Positions 36,301-50,974 of a stretch of DNA of 64,000 nucleotides are shown here, in pieces. Source of the stretch: Octopus vulgaris (lineage: Eukaryota); the NCBI GenBank assembly GCA_951406725.2, contig OX597820.1:40052001-40116000 (forward strand). Reading direction: 5' to 3'. Numbering within the stretch: position 1 is the first letter of the stretch; every line of letters begins with the position of its first letter. The notes under the pieces were generated by a model, which was not told the DNA's origin, made no database searches, and worked only from the letters and a program-made list of their open reading frames with translations. Position numbers and translations under genes: made by a program.

Positions 36301-36864
36301 TATCCACTCTGCCTTCGACCTAGTAGAGTATCTAGATTGTAACAACTCGAGTGAAAGACGGCTGCAACAGAACCCGACTGATATTTGACACATCTGATTA
36401 GAGTGAAGCCACATGAAAGAAAGTACCTTAAGAAAACTCTGAGAGGCTTGATCAAAGAAGTAAGTCCACGACCTGATGATTATAGAAGACAAACAGGATA
36501 TTGACAAAGATTGTAGCATTTAAAGAATTTTTGCTAGAAGCTGACATAAAATATTTATTGTTTAGGGAAGCTGGTTTTGATCACTTAGGTCAATGATCAC
36601 AGGCATTTCAGGCGTGACCTCGTCATCATTGGTCCCTGTTTATGGTCATAGATTTTAGCTCGGACTATATTTTCTAATGTTATGTTTTATGAAATCCATG
36701 AGTAATTTAAGGGAGATAAATCGGCTTTTTGAAGCGGATCGAGCAAAGGTGCAGAAGGCCACAAGATCCAGTATTCAAGTATGGTTATAGCATTTTTATC
36801 TGACGTCTACTCAAATACACTTTTGAAAAAGTGTGCTTTTACATACTTTTTAAAAATCAAAAAT

Positions 36865-36928
<64 letters not shown>

Positions 36929-37462
36929 ACACACACACACACGCACACACATACAGACATTTTGCCTGCGAAGTATTTGCGATCTAAGTAAAATTTCTGT
37001 TACTTATATTATTGTTGTCTTTAAATGATTAAACCTATTTTCATAGGCTATCCAACTGTAACCAATCCGTCCATTCTTCATGTTCATTCTATCCCATGAT
37101 GTTCTTTTCTTCTTTTGAAACTGTAAGATCTTAATTTGAATGGAACATTCCATTTATTGGGTCGTGTTTTAAAAGTTGATGTTTTCTTTAGCTCCAAATC
37201 AACACCGATCGAGCAAAATTTGAATCGAGCTTTTCCAGTCGTGTTGTTTCATTTTATTTATACAGACGTGTTGTACCATATTTTTCAATATATTCTCTTC
37301 ATATACAATTTATTTGGCTTTGATTTCAAAAGAAATTGCTACTATTTCTAGTAGGCTCCAGTCATACGCTGAAATATTTCATTAAATTTCGTATTTTCAA
37401 TAAGCTTCTTTCTTTCATACTTATTTTCTTTCTTTCTTCCTTTTTTTTTATCTGTCTGTCTT

Positions 37463-37542
<80 letters not shown>

Positions 37543-37663
37543 CCTATCTAACTAACTACCCATCTTTCTATACATATATGAGATTGTGTGATGTGAGTGT
37601 CTGATGATCATATGTGTGAATGTGTATTAATGAGCGTATATGTATATACATACATGCATGCAT

Positions 37664-37697
<34 letters not shown>

Positions 37698-37937
37698 GAG
37701 TAAGTCTATTGATGTATTAGTGCGACTGTGCGTGTGTTTAGCTCGATATGGTTATTTCAAAGTAGTTATACGACAGAGATTGTATCAACTCTGGACAGAT
37801 GAGCGGCTGAATACTAATGTGATCCAACCCTGAGACACAGCCATTCTCTGCGCCTTTACACATATCTCATTATTAGGTTTTGTACGAGGGCTTTCATTAT
37901 ATCTCCAGAACATATATACGTATTCACATATATATGC

Positions 37938-38040
<103 letters not shown>

Positions 38041-38488
38041 TATACATACATATATATATATATGTATATATATATGTGTGTATATATATGTATATATATA
38101 TATATATATATATAATCTCCTTTATTTTCGTTCGAAATATTCAACACGATTCAAATGAACGTTGCATTATCTGCGGATCGACATGTCCTTGATAAAAATA
38201 AACACAAAAAGATATTTCAGAAAAGTTCTTGTAGTTTCCTTAATACTACCCAATAGATTATAATATAAAGTTTTGAGGAATTCACAGTAGGAAGGTTATC
38301 TATGAAATAAGGTATTGGTAAACTAAAACAATTTCTTCCCGCAGCCTTTTAGCTTTTATATATTTCCTTAAGTAATGTTTTTTTGTTGTTGCTGTTTTAC
38401 AAAATAGAAATTGCCGGGTTAAATGTACTGTTTCTTGTGTAAAACCAAATATGGCGAGTACATGTACGGACACATACATAAATATATG

Positions 38489-38535
<47 letters not shown>

Positions 38536-38538
38536 AAT

Positions 38539-38570
<32 letters not shown>

Positions 38571-38723
38571 CATAGAGCGAGAGAGAGAGAGAGAGAGATG
38601 GATATATTGGTACAAGACGTCACCGACAGGAAAGAACATGAAATATGGAAACAAATGAGTTCAATACGCAATCAACGTGAGAAGCAAATGGAACACAGGG
38701 CAAGTAACATATATATATACATA

Positions 38724-38815
38724 CGATGGGTGTATGAAAAATCTTGAGCCTCAAAAAAACAAATTGTCCAAGGCTCAAAGGCCTTGAAGGCTCAAAACTG
38801 TTGATACACCCCTCG
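38724..38815. mobile_element. 92-bp mariner-type MITE
   Basis: TIRs CGATGGGTGTATGAAAAATCTTGAGCCT / AGGCTCAAAACTGTTGATACACCCCTCG; TA on both sides. Confidence 0.75.
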
Positions 38816-38818
38816 TAT

Positions 38819-38885
<67 letters not shown>

Positions 38886-38922
38886 TGCGCACACACACAC
38901 ATACACACACACACACACACAC

Positions 38923-38985
<63 letters not shown>

Positions 38986-39289
38986 GTTGTATGTATGTAT
39001 ATACACACAATAACTACATATAACTGTATACGTATATATACGTTTCTCAACAAGATTCAAAGCTCCTTCAATGGAATTCAAATAACATCAGCAGGGTATT
39101 TGTACATGTATGTATGTATGCATGTATGTATGTATGTATGTATGTATGTATGTATGTATGTATGTATGTATGTATGTATGTATGTATTATGTATGTAAGC
39201 AGCATTTGGAGTCAATGCATGTTCAGATTTGTATTTTTTGCTTTACGTATATATTCTCATGCATACAGTTGCATGTCTAATCATGCGCA

Positions 39290-40280
39290 TACTTCACTTA
39301 AATGCTGAACTGGAAAGTTTATTAAATATCTTATAGTTTAAGGAATAGCTTCAATCTCTGATATTCGAATAAGATTTTTCTGTTGTTTTGAGAAACCGGA
39401 TTTCTCAATATTAGTGCTCAGGCAGTTTGTTGCAATTATTGTGCCCCAATGATTAGAAATATAAACTTGAACTTGCAATCTGGGAAGAGTAACTCTTAAT
39501 TTCTCTATAGCTGGACGTAGGTGTTATCTCTTTAACAAACTTTTGGCTTTATGACATCGGCTGTTCATCTTAGTTCTACAAAATACACAGTTTCTCTTCT
39601 GCGTCCCAAATTACACTCTACGTTGTGGTTTTCACTGGGAAATTCCACCAGTACGAGTGGCTATGGACTCTCCTGTATCGTAGGTTCTTATCTTAGCATT
39701 GACGTTCCGATGGATCTCATTATACAGCGTATCGACTTCAGCATAATGTCTCAACGGTAGATAAATACCGCGAAGTCATTTTTGGACAACTGTTTCTGAT
39801 GTGGGTTATATCTTCGCACCGCAAAGTCTGCATCGGCTATCACATTTTGGCGTTTCTCCTGCGTCTTTGTACCGCTTCCATTTCAGGGATTTTGTTGTGG
39901 GTTTCTGTTTCTGGATTGCAAATTCCTACCCTTCAAAGTGACAGTAATCCCGTTGTTTATCCATGATAAACTACTTTGAATATCAATGTTAATGTCATCG
40001 TAGAGTTTACTACTAACGTTTCCATGCATAGTCTTCTGCTGATATGCACTCATCCTTTCATCTAATAATAGCTTACGATAGTGTCATCCAAATTCTTTGG
40101 GTATGCGAACAAGGCTAGCAGACAAAGAATGCTACTGGACGGGCTACTTTCCAAGTATCATAATGTTATTTGCTTCGCGTATGAAAACTTGGTCAAAGGT
40201 TGCACTACAACACTTGGTGAATAAAAAATGTTGACGAAGGAATCTGATATGACATTCAAAGGCAATCTGGATCAACTTAA
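39290..40280 (-). pseudogene. R4/Dong-like (restriction-like endonuclease) LINE C-terminus, decayed
   Basis: QQKTMHG..SLSW..FEG*EFAIQKQ..CRLCG..THIRNSCPKM..LRH..LYNEI..YWWNFPVKT..IWD..ADV..DNTY..FIFLIIGA. Confidence 0.75.
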
Positions 40281-40484
40281 GCCTCTGCTTCCTTTTTTTC
40301 GTTTTAGGTAGAGGCGGTCTACGTCACTGTTGATATGAAAATTATTTGTGCTGTATGTATGTATGTATGTATGTATGTACGTATGTATGTATGTATGTAT
40401 GTATGTATGTATGTATACCAGTTTGTGTGCGCGTTTGTGTGTTTGTGTGCGTACGTACGTAGTATGTGTGTATCTCTCTCTCTG

Positions 40485-40516
<32 letters not shown>

Positions 40517-41239
40517 CGCATCCGACATATTTCCCTTACTGTCAATCAAACCTATTTTCAAGGGATTGGTCTGTCGGAAAGTATGGAATGTACTTGTCCA
40601 GGGTGCTACGGAGCAAGAGTGAAACCTGAACTATGTGGTTGGGAATTTACTGCATATACGTACACATGTACATACAAACGGACATGCGCGCACAAACACA
40701 CACACACTTATAAACTTTTGCTGCGCAGGAGAGACCTAAATTCACTGCCGTTTATTTGCAACAAGACATATATAATTGGACAATACATATTCAAATCAAA
40801 GCAAGGTTCAACAACAATACACATGATTTGCTGCAGAAAGACGATGAATGAGTAATATTTAACTGACATGGCAGGTATTTGAAATTGAAGAATATTAAAG
40901 AATATTCCATTTCCTTTAAATCGTCTAAATAACATGATAATAATATATAAAATATGAGGCTTCTAGTGAAGAACGATCTATAATTGACTCGTAGATATGC
41001 TATAAAATCGTTTTCTTATATCAATCTTTGGCGATTTGGTTTATATCGAAATGGGTATACGAGATAATTTCAAATAGAATTTACGTTAAATTTCGACCAA
41101 GGATAAAGTAGAGGAATTGGTTAACCAATAAATACTTTCCACAAGTAAGAACACATACATATATGTATACATATATGTATCATATAATATTATATTATAT
41201 AGTATATATGTTTATATAATTATGGATTCAAGCTTTGAG

Positions 41240-41412
41240 ATACAATCACAAAACAATAATTTAAAATGACATACAGGTCCTACAAACCAAAGTTTCACAC
41301 TACCCAAACACATTCAGACACACCGGAAAGATAACGAGAGTGTTTACAATTTACAGAAGTCATTGTAAAAGACAAAGTGTTTCACATCAGCTGGAAGATC
41401 ATCGAAAAATTC
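41240..41412 (+). pseudogene. Decayed Penelope GIY-YIG fragment
   Basis: YTGPTNQSF..TFRHTGK..KDKVFHISWKIIEK, comparable to the ORF at 949-1590. Confidence 0.4.
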
Positions 41413-41424
41413 TTATCAGATCTA

Positions 41425-41720
41425 TTTCATTGAGGCCGAAAGGAGAAATGACAATGTTAACCTCGGCGGAGTTTTAAGTCAAAACGTAAAGCTAGACGAC
41501 ATGCCTCTAAGCATTTTACTCGGAGTTTTAGAGAGTCTGTCCTCACACTGCTTTAATAATCATTTACACTATAGGCATGACACTTTGGAGGAGAGCTCTA
41601 GTTGATTACTTCAACTCTGGTTTTCAACTAGCACTTATTTCATCTACACTGAGAGATTGAGACAAAAAAATCAACCTCGGCGCAATTAGAAATCAGAACG
41701 TATGGCACTAAGCATTTTGT
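41425..41720 (-). mobile_element. Two adjacent decayed family C SINE pieces
   Basis: AACCTCGGCG and TAAGCATTTT motifs each occur twice, matching the reverse complement of family C. Confidence 0.55.
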
Positions 41721-41759
41721 AGAGCGTGCTCAATATACTTAATATTTATTCCGGTAACA

Positions 41760-42540
41760 CAGCAGTTCTCTTTTACCAAACTGCTATGTAACAGGGAGAT
41801 AAACACACCAACAGCGGTTGTCAAACGGTGATGGGGGACAACAAACTCAAAACATAAATAACACACACACACACAGACGCACAGAAACTCACTCACACAC
41901 ACATATATATATATATATATTATACATATATAACAAGATAGAAGATAGGGACAAGATATTAAAAAAAAATTGTTATCATTGACAAGACCTGTCCAGCAAT
42001 CGTGTCTATTGATCACTTGCAGTATAAACAAAATTAACCTAATTTAATTTAATTTTACTAAATTAATTTCGTTAATTAGTAATTAACCAAATAAATGTAG
42101 TAATTAACCAAAGTAATTTAGTTAAATTAAATTATATTTGGTTATTTTTTATGCTGCACGTGATGAATTGAAACAATTGTAGGTCCAGTTTTGTCAATGA
42201 TCATGGATTTTTATTGATCTTATCTCCATCTTCTCTCTTGTTTTGTATAATATTAATAAAACTAAATATGTATGTACCTGCTTCGTTAGGCATTGAACCA
42301 GTCTAATATTGGATATCCCTCCGAGGTTTATATCCTCCCTATTTACCTTGTTATATATATACGACGGGTTTCTTTCATTCTTGCCGTTTCAGTGTACCAA
42401 ATGCACTAACGAGGCTCTGGTCGGCCTGAGGCTGTATTAGAAGATACTTGCCCAATGTGCTTCGCAGTGGGACTGAACACGGAGCTATATCTTTTTAGTT
42501 GGGAAGCAGGCTTCAGACCACACAGCCGCGCCAGCGCAAA
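41760..42540 (-). mobile_element. SINE family A split by a foldback insertion (41926-42355)
   Basis: 3' part (ACACCAACAGCGGTTGTCAAACGGTGATGGGGGACA) at ~41800; 5' part (CGACGGGTTTCTTTC..GTGGGACTGAAC..CCACAGCC) at 42360-42540. Confidence 0.7.
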
Positions 42541-42568
42541 TGTATATACGCATACACATGTATATACA

Positions 42569-42620
<52 letters not shown>

Positions 42621-42636
42621 ATATACATACATATTA

Positions 42637-42830
42637 GGCACAGGGGTGGCTGTGTTGTAAGTAGCTTGCTTGCTAACCACATGATTCCGGGTTCATTCCC
42701 ACTGCGTGGCACCTTGGGCATGTGTCTTCAACTATAGCCTCGGGCCGACCAAAGCCTTGTGAGTGAATTTGGTAGACGGAAACTGAAAGAAGCCCGTTGT
42801 ATATATGTGTTTATATATGTATGTGTGTGT
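42637..42830 (+). mobile_element. SINE family A, 5' half
   Basis: GTGGCTGTGTTGTAAGTAGCTTGC..GGATTTGG-like..AGACGGAAACTGAAAGAAGCCCG. Confidence 0.85.
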
Positions 42831-43509
42831 ATATGTTTTCTTCGACGCCATCTTAGACTAATTTCTCGTCATCTTTAATGGCATAAACACACTTTTCGAA
42901 AACCTTAGACACATATTTAGGCTCTTCAACTAATAATTTCATCAATCCCAAACTTAGGAAGCAAGCAACATATGCATTTATAACACAAATACACTCCGCT
43001 AATACACACACTTATATCATTCCCTATTATTGCCGCTTGTAGACGCCCAAAGGCTGAAATGTGCATATACACTCCTCATCCTCCTTCTACTCCTCTTACG
43101 CCTCCTCCTTAACTACTCTCACATAACAGCATTCTTTTTTGGTTTATAGTCTCTTGCCTTCTTCTCCTGCGCATACTTCTCCAAATTAATTTTTTCATTC
43201 TGATTTCATTTACGTTAAATCGTTTTCTAATTCACCAATATTTTGGTTACTTTATTTTTCATCTTTTTCATTTGTTTTTTCTTCACACACTCATTTGTTT
43301 TTCTCTTCCTAATCTCCTACGTTTCTCTTCTTCTTTCTGACGGGGGCTCACATCCAAATCGTTGTAACCTGCATACTCAGTTAAGATTGGTCACGCTTTA
43401 CTCTAATACCGTTTTCGTTGTACTTTGTTTTCCTGCATTTCACTCTCCGTGTCTTTATTTAGTGGGATTTGATATACAATCATACATACATAAATGCATA
43501 GATACATAC

Positions 43510-43655
43510 ATTGCTTGATTCCTAACTACATGGTTTCCGTGTTCAGTCCCACTGTGTGGCACCTTGGGAAAGTGTTTTCTACTATAGCCTTGAGCCGACC
43601 AAAGCCTTGTGAGTATATTTGGTAGATGGAAACTAGAAACTAAAAGAATTCCATC

Positions 43656-43728
<73 letters not shown>

Positions 43729-43930
43729 TATATTTGTGTGTCTGTATTTGTCCCCCACCATCGATTGACAACCGCGTCCCCGTAACTTAGTAATTCGGCA
43801 AAAGAGACTGATAGAAGAAGTACTAGGCTTACAAAGAGTAAGTCCTGGGATCGATTTGTTCTACGAAAAACGGTGCTCCATCATGCCCTCCGTCAAATTA
43901 CTGTAAAAAGTAAACAAATAAAATAAAAGA
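43510..43930 (+). mobile_element. SINE family A
   Basis: GTTCAGTCCCACTG..CCAAAGCCTTGTGAG..(TA)n..GGTGCTCCA..GTAAA tail. Confidence 0.85.
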
Positions 43931-45220
43931 ATAATCTATTGAGAAATAGACAGACAAATAAATAATACATGATATTAAGCAAGTAAAACATTTTGTAAAA
44001 CTTATTTAAAAATATAAACAAGCAACACTGAAAGTATAGTTATATGGGAAATTAACGGGTTAAAAGAAAGGAATCGAAGTTTATCTCACGTTTCGTGTTA
44101 TATACGTTATCAAAATTAAAAGGATAAATAAAATTACCAAAATAAACAAATATAAATAGTAAAACCAAATTTACATTCCAGGCTTGGTGATCAAACCATA
44201 TAAGCTCTAGTATCTTTTTCTAAAATACGAGATGGCTTAGTAATCATCGTTCATTTTTTTATGTTAAATAAAGTCGGAAATCAATATATATATATATAAT
44301 AACACGTCTCCCACATTAAATTATTTTAGGGTGCTTGTGGCTAAACTCTGAACTGAAAGTTATAGAAAATCTAGACATGCTAAAACTGTATAGGCCAACC
44401 CTATTTAATATAAATAGATTCGTGTTTTTCTTTTTTTTTTTTTTGTTTTAGACAACCAATATTGCACATACTGAATCCTTACATATATCTGCAGATATGA
44501 CTGTGTGAGTGCATGCGTATGTGCGCGTATGTGTGCGCGAGAGTGTGTATGTGTGTGTCTGTATGCGTGTGTTTATGTTTCAAATGTACCATCTCCGTTG
44601 CCCTAAACCAGCATGAATAGGTCGGAAAAAGATCAACAACACACGCAGTATAGAAACACGTTATCAACATATCCAGACATATTGAAAGGTACTGTGAAGA
44701 CTCCTACATGATAGAGGAAACATGTCTCTGTGTTCCCTGAGTGAAAAGCTAAGGAGTGTAAATATAGCACAAAGTATAATTACGAGACGAAAGGACAGTT
44801 CGACTGTTCCTAATGATTCATTTCATATGAAAGCACGACGCAAGCTTGCATTTCCTGTTCTAATGTGTCCTGCTGTGAAAGTGTATAAATAAGGATGAAA
44901 TAATATCACTCATAGCGTTACTTGTAGATAAGAGATTATCACAAATGGGAATCTTTATAACAGGTATAATTAGACATACAGAAAAACACTTAAAATTACC
45001 AGTATACATGTAACAAGATTCTAGAACAGTAAATCTAGCAAATTATAACTAGAAGCCCACATATTCCTACCTGGTAAAGGTGAACAGTCTCAACAATAAA
45101 ACTCCCATGTACTTATATGAACCACTACTTGTCTTAGAAAATGAAAATATGGAAATAATAGAAAACTTCAGCATACGGTCTTACGATATGATAATATGCA
45201 AAAAAAGCACGACAACAATA

Positions 45221-45530
45221 GGAGGCGCAATGGCCCAGTGGTTAGGGTAGCGGACTCGCGGTCGGAGGGTCGCGGTTTCGATTCCCAGACCGAGCGTTGT
45301 ATGTGTTTATTGAGCGAAAATAGCTAAAGCTCCACGAGGCTCCTGCAGGGGGTGATGGCGACGCTTGTTGTACTCTTTGGCCCCAACTTTCTCTCACGTT
45401 CTTCCTGTTTCATGAGTAACGCTGCAATGGGCTGGCGTCTCGTCCAGCTGGGGGCAACACATACGCCAGAGAAACCGGGAAACCGGGTGCATGAGCCTGG
45501 CTAGGCTTGAAAAGGGCGTATAAATACATA
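45221..45530 (+). mobile_element. tRNA-derived SINE, family B
   Basis: Same head and body as the copies at 5824 and 30391. Confidence 0.88.
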
Positions 45531-45712
45531 AAACGACAAAAATATAACAGCATATTATTCACCAATATAGCAATATACTATACTGTGCAAAAGACAATTG
45601 AAAATGTTTCGAAATTATACTGACATAGTTCTTTAATTAAACCTATAACTGCGATTAGGAAATTGACACAACTAGAATGAAACGCAATCATGCTTCTAAT
45701 AATATTGATAAA

Positions 45713-46129
45713 TCTTTATATATAAAGCTGAAGTTGTCTGTGTGTGGCAGGTTTGGTAGCCTTTGTGGCAGTTTTGGTAACCTTCAACTAACACTATCTC
45801 CTCCGAGACCCTGCGACACAAGTTGACCAAAATTGAGAGTATGATAGAAGAAGGCTTGCTCTTCATTCCGTAGAAGAAAAAATTCAAATCGGACCATGTT
45901 AAGACCAAAAATTATTTACATCGAAAAGGTGCTTTGTTTCTATGAAAATCCCTATTTTTCACGATTTTTTGACTGCTGTGTCGCTATTTTTCGGTGTATT
46001 TCAACCAGAAAAATGTTCACATAAAGAAAATAACAAGCTACATAATGCAAAATTTTTACTTTTCAAAAATTACAATTCTAAAGGGTCGAAAACAAAACAA
46101 ACCCGAGCAACGCCGGGCTATACAGCTAG
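45713..46129 (+). mobile_element. Complete non-autonomous Helitron (417 bp)
   Basis: A|TC start, CTAG|T end, subterminal hairpin CCCG-AGCAACGC-CGGG, no TSD. Confidence 0.85.
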
Positions 46130-46149
46130 TTTCTTATAAAAGCAGATAG

Positions 46150-46625
46150 AGTTTCGCTCCAGAAAAGTTGCAGTACTAGGATGCAGAACGGTTTAATCAC
46201 CCTGTGCACATCTCGGACATATCCGTCTGACAGCACTTCCATGCCTCGGGTAACACTGCCTGGCCTGAATTTCTGGAAATTTTTTATTAGCCCTACCCGA
46301 AAGTCGTCCGGAAAAGACCAACTAATTGATGCTTTTCAAAGCCCAGGGTTTCCCCGGAGGCATTGTCTCTCTTGTTCGCCACTAATTCCTTATAGAACTC
46401 CAGAGTGGAAATTCCACCGGCTGCATTGTGCAACTGTTAGCACTGGCTTAGACTTCAGGTACCAAGCGCTCTTTTTCGGTCTACGCTTGATGCAGGACTG
46501 GCGCTCCGTCAATGAAACGAGCTGCAAAAAATCCTCTGTAACAAACGGTGATCATACCCTCTCACCGTCAAGGAAAATCTGGAAATTTTGCAACCTCAGC
46601 GCAAGACTGTTTCTCATTAGCTACA
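46150..46625 (-). pseudogene. Tx1/L1-like LINE ORF2 C-terminal fragment
   Basis: ALRLQNFQIFLDGERV*SPFV..STLEFYKELV..LFRTTFG..NFQK..HGSAVRRICPRCAQGD*TVLH (C-terminal Cys-rich motif). Confidence 0.6.
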
Positions 46626-47019
46626 GCGTGTCCCTTCTTCAATTCAACGGCTACATAACAGTAGCATTAGTAACCATTACTATTATATAAGTAAAGTGTA
46701 TAATATAATATGATATCAGTATATTTTACTAATACAACTTTGAATTATCACTTTGGCTCCGACCAGAAGTAGAACAGGTCTCGGTTTTCTAATGTGATAT
46801 ACCACCAAAAAATTGTTGAGATTTAGCGAGATGCTACAAGGAAAAGGAAACAACAAATACTTGTCGTTGGTTGAATAGGGCACTGTTGTTCATTAGTCCC
46901 ACTCTATTTTCACTCTTGAAGACTCTAACAGAAAGCGTTTCTTGCAAAAAAGCAAACTGACTAGTTGACAAACTAATGTATATATGGCTATGGTTTCGAA
47001 ACATGTCCTATGAGGGTAG

Positions 47020-47346
47020 CCGATTAGCGAAGGCTGGGGGTGTTCGACAATGACCCGGCGTCCAGAGGGTGAGCTGATTCGCAATGTCCTCCTCCCACCT
47101 CCACTTCCCAGCTGGCGCAAACGCACGGGCGGACAGCTGAAGACCTGAGCAACGACGATAAAGGAGGACCTCTCCGAACTATCAGGTCCGCAGGTGGTCG
47201 GTTTGCGCAGATGGAACCGTGAATGGCTCGCTATCTCCAGGGACCTCGCACGGGACCGTCGAGTTATGGTTCGTGATGCAGTCAGGACCTGAGAAGAAGC
47301 CGGTTCAACCCGCCCTGGGTGAACGCCGTCACAAATACAAGTACAA
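47020..47346 (+). mobile_element. RTE-clade LINE 3' end
   Basis: RRPEGELIRNVLLPPPLPSWRKRTGGQLKT*ATTIKEDL..GLRRWNREW..LARDRR..AGSTRPG*, then a (CAA[A/G]TA)n tail. Confidence 0.8.
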
Positions 47347-48192
47347 ATTGCCAGCCTCTTCTGTTTCTGCTATAAATAGTTTTAGTTCTCGGGAGATGTT
47401 TGTGTTCATGTAAACATCACTCAGGCATTCTTGTCCCAATCTTCTCTATTTAACATTCTTCTTGTATGCAACTCAAGCACAGGTACAGGCATTAATCATT
47501 ACCTACAAATAATCTGCACTACTCTATTGTTTTCTTTTATTATTGCGTATGATATTTAAATGTATATTATATGAAGTATCATTCATTTTTAATGAAGTGT
47601 AGCGTAGAGCGCCTGTTGTGACGCCATCGTATAGAGGGCCACCGAACAGCGGTACCATAGTTACTACACGAAATGCTAGCATCTCAGTGTGTTAGGTCGG
47701 TTTTCATACGTATTAAATTATAAATGTAAACAATTGTGGATGCTATCCGATACACAATGTTACAGAGAACCAATTGGGAAACGTCTTTCCTGGCCGATGT
47801 TTGTTTCTGATTGTTCAAACGTCTGTCGTCCTAGATGTACATAAATACAGTTAATAGAATAATTAGTTAGTCCAATCGCGAAGAACCCGATCACGCGCGC
47901 GCGCACACACAAACACACACACATACGGACGCACAGGCACATACTCGCACTAACAAACACACAAGCAGACACACATGCACTCACATACATATATATGTAC
48001 GCGTGTAGGTTTCCAAATTTATAATTGTATATATAATTATAAATTTGTGTGTGTATGTGTGTATACTATTATGGATAAGTATGTATATTATATTTACTGA
48101 GATATACATATACAGACGTAGAGGTGTATATATGCACGCGTGTGTATGTGAATATATGATTGCATGTATGCATATATATATATGTGTGTGTA

Positions 48193-48379
<187 letters not shown>

Positions 48380-49940
48380 GTTTATAATTAAAAGTATGTA
48401 TTTGCATATAAATGAGCGGAGTGTATGTATATGTGCGTGTGCATGTGCTTAAGTAAACCCGTCATCGCGATTTTATGTATATGAATACATGCATGTTTAT
48501 TTGGTTGCCTGTGTGCGTCTAATTATGACACTGTAATAAAGATTCCCATTTGTGATAATCACGTACGCATAAGCCAGGCGAAGATTAATTATTTCATTCT
48601 TATTTATACATTCTCACAGCAGGACACATAAGAACGGGAAATGCAAACTTACATCCTGCTTTCATATAAAATGAATCATTAAGAAGCATTGCGCTATCCT
48701 TTCGTCTCATAATTATGGTTTGCTCTATCGTCACACTCTTTAGCTTTTCACCCAGAGGACAATACTTTCGACATACGAAGAAAATGCAATTGGAAATATC
48801 TGAAATGTAGCATTATCGTAGCCCGAAGAAAATCATGCATGCACAATGTAAGGATAACTACAATAACATCCGAGATTTGTCCCAGGCGAGTTCCAAGATC
48901 AATAAAGCCGTTTGCTGTCTTCATTTGAATGCACAATATGCAGCTTATTACCTGTATGCTTGCCAATTACTGTGAAGCAAGCAATTATTCCGTTGCTGAT
49001 TGCTGACTTACACACTCAGTGTGAATTTAAAGCTTAGGGAGCGTGAAAGAAAGATAGAAAAATAAGGTTAATGCCAAAGGTTAATCCAGACTAAAGAATA
49101 TAAACTAAATACAGACAACAGACTCCTTGCCATATGATTCTGTAGAATTTGTGGTTTAAAGGGGCGTTGAAATTACTTGCATTATTTAAATACCTACGTT
49201 TTGATTTCGAGTTTCATGGAAATTAACTTTACACTTCATTAACCAACACAAGGTCGACGAATTAACGACCGGTAACATACTATGGAAGATTTAGTCTACT
49301 GTGCCAAGTATACAATAAATATTTAAATATTAGAAATACACTTCAGGTTAGGCTTGTCTGTGAAGCACTCTTGTTTGCTCATTGAGTGTAGCCTTTTTTT
49401 AAATATATGCGTAATAGTGAAATGCAGAAACATCACATGTTCTTACTTATATATGAAGAAACCTAAAAACAAAACCTCATCTCATTCTAAACGAAAGAAG
49501 CCTATATTAGATAATATAGACTGAAGAACAACAAATGAATAATCAGGACAGAATGGACAGGATGGACACCAAGACACAGGACAAGATTAAGTGGCTGACC
49601 GAGCGAGATAATCTCATTGGTTACCTGGGGCGTACTTGGCAATGACAGGCCAAAAACAGACAGCTGTGAAAGGAGTCCAAGGAGGGGGTTCCTCCTTCAG
49701 GAATGATGAAGCCCTGGATATGTATGTATTTATGTATGTATGTATGTATGTATGTATGTATGTATGTATGTATGTATGTATACATGTATGCATATATGCA
49801 TGTATGTATGTATGTATATATATATATATGTATTTATTGCTTAATTTGAGTTTCAGAAGTTTCCTAAAAATCACATAATTATAAAGCATGAGTTGTCTGT
49901 TTGCCATATGAAACAGTAGTATACAACAAGCAGAAAGACG

Positions 49941-50168
49941 GTGGATGGCAGAACAGTTAACGCGCCGGGTTTTAGGTGGGGGACGCTTAGTGACATTTCG
50001 TGCGTCTTTGCATTCTGAGATCAAATGTCACCTGGGTCGACTTTGTTTACCATTCCTAAGGGGTTCGAAAAAATAAGTATTTAGTTGAACAGGTGGTGGT
50101 AGGAAGTGATGTATTCGACTCACTCCACTCACCTGAAACCGCTGGCTTTATGCCAAAATCTGAAATCA
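49941..50168 (+). mobile_element. SINE family C, diverged
   Basis: GGTGGATGGCAGAACAGTTA..GGTCGACTTTG..GATGTATTCGAC..TGCCAAAATCTGAAA. Confidence 0.6.
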
Positions 50169-50445
50169 AAATTAAGCAACGAACTTTGCCTCATGTTTAT
50201 ATCAGACTTTATGGTTTAACATAAACAGATTAGAAAATGATGAAAAAGACCCAACAAAACAAAACAAAACAAAAACTAAAAAAACACATATACCGTTGTT
50301 ATACTCATTATAAATGTTATACACGGCGGTATTTATATTTATTTATTCATTTTCCTCGGAAGATTAATCCTACGCTAATAATTTGGTGGTGATGACAACA
50401 ACGTCTACATCGATGATGACGTGATGTCCACAATATAAGTGATGT

Positions 50446-50494
<49 letters not shown>

Positions 50495-50936
50495 GACGAT
50501 AATGACGACGACTGCTTCTTCAACGGTGACTATAACAATTTCAATTTCCAAGTAAACGATCGAATAATGGTATGTGTGTTTATGTTTTCTACAATTTAAG
50601 CAAGTTTGTCTGAAGATATATCACTTTTCTTATATCGTAATATCTGCATTGGTTTCATTGTTTTGTTTCTTTGAGTGTACATGGTTAGTTGTATTACTGT
50701 ATATATGCCTCTGCGTATGTCTATGCATATATCTGTGAAGGATAATAAGTTTGTGGCGATGTGCTTGTACCGGAATACTCGTGTGTACGGGCCTCATTTT
50801 ATAATGCGATACAATAAATATAGATGTGAGTTCTATGCAAATCTGTAAGAGAACTTTTAACAGTATCCTTTATCTAGCTTCAATTAATAGTGTGTGGAGG
50901 AAGCGAGCAAGTAACCAAGAAGCCATGAGTATATGA

Positions 50937-50974
<38 letters not shown>

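Noticed and set aside
40120-40220. Gypsy-like peptide on the plus strand (LLSKYHNV)
   Set aside because: The minus strand gives a much better continuous R4-like LINE reading.
46181-46690. 169-aa plus-strand ORF as a host gene
   Set aside because: Antisense shadow of the Tx1/L1-like ORF2 fragment.
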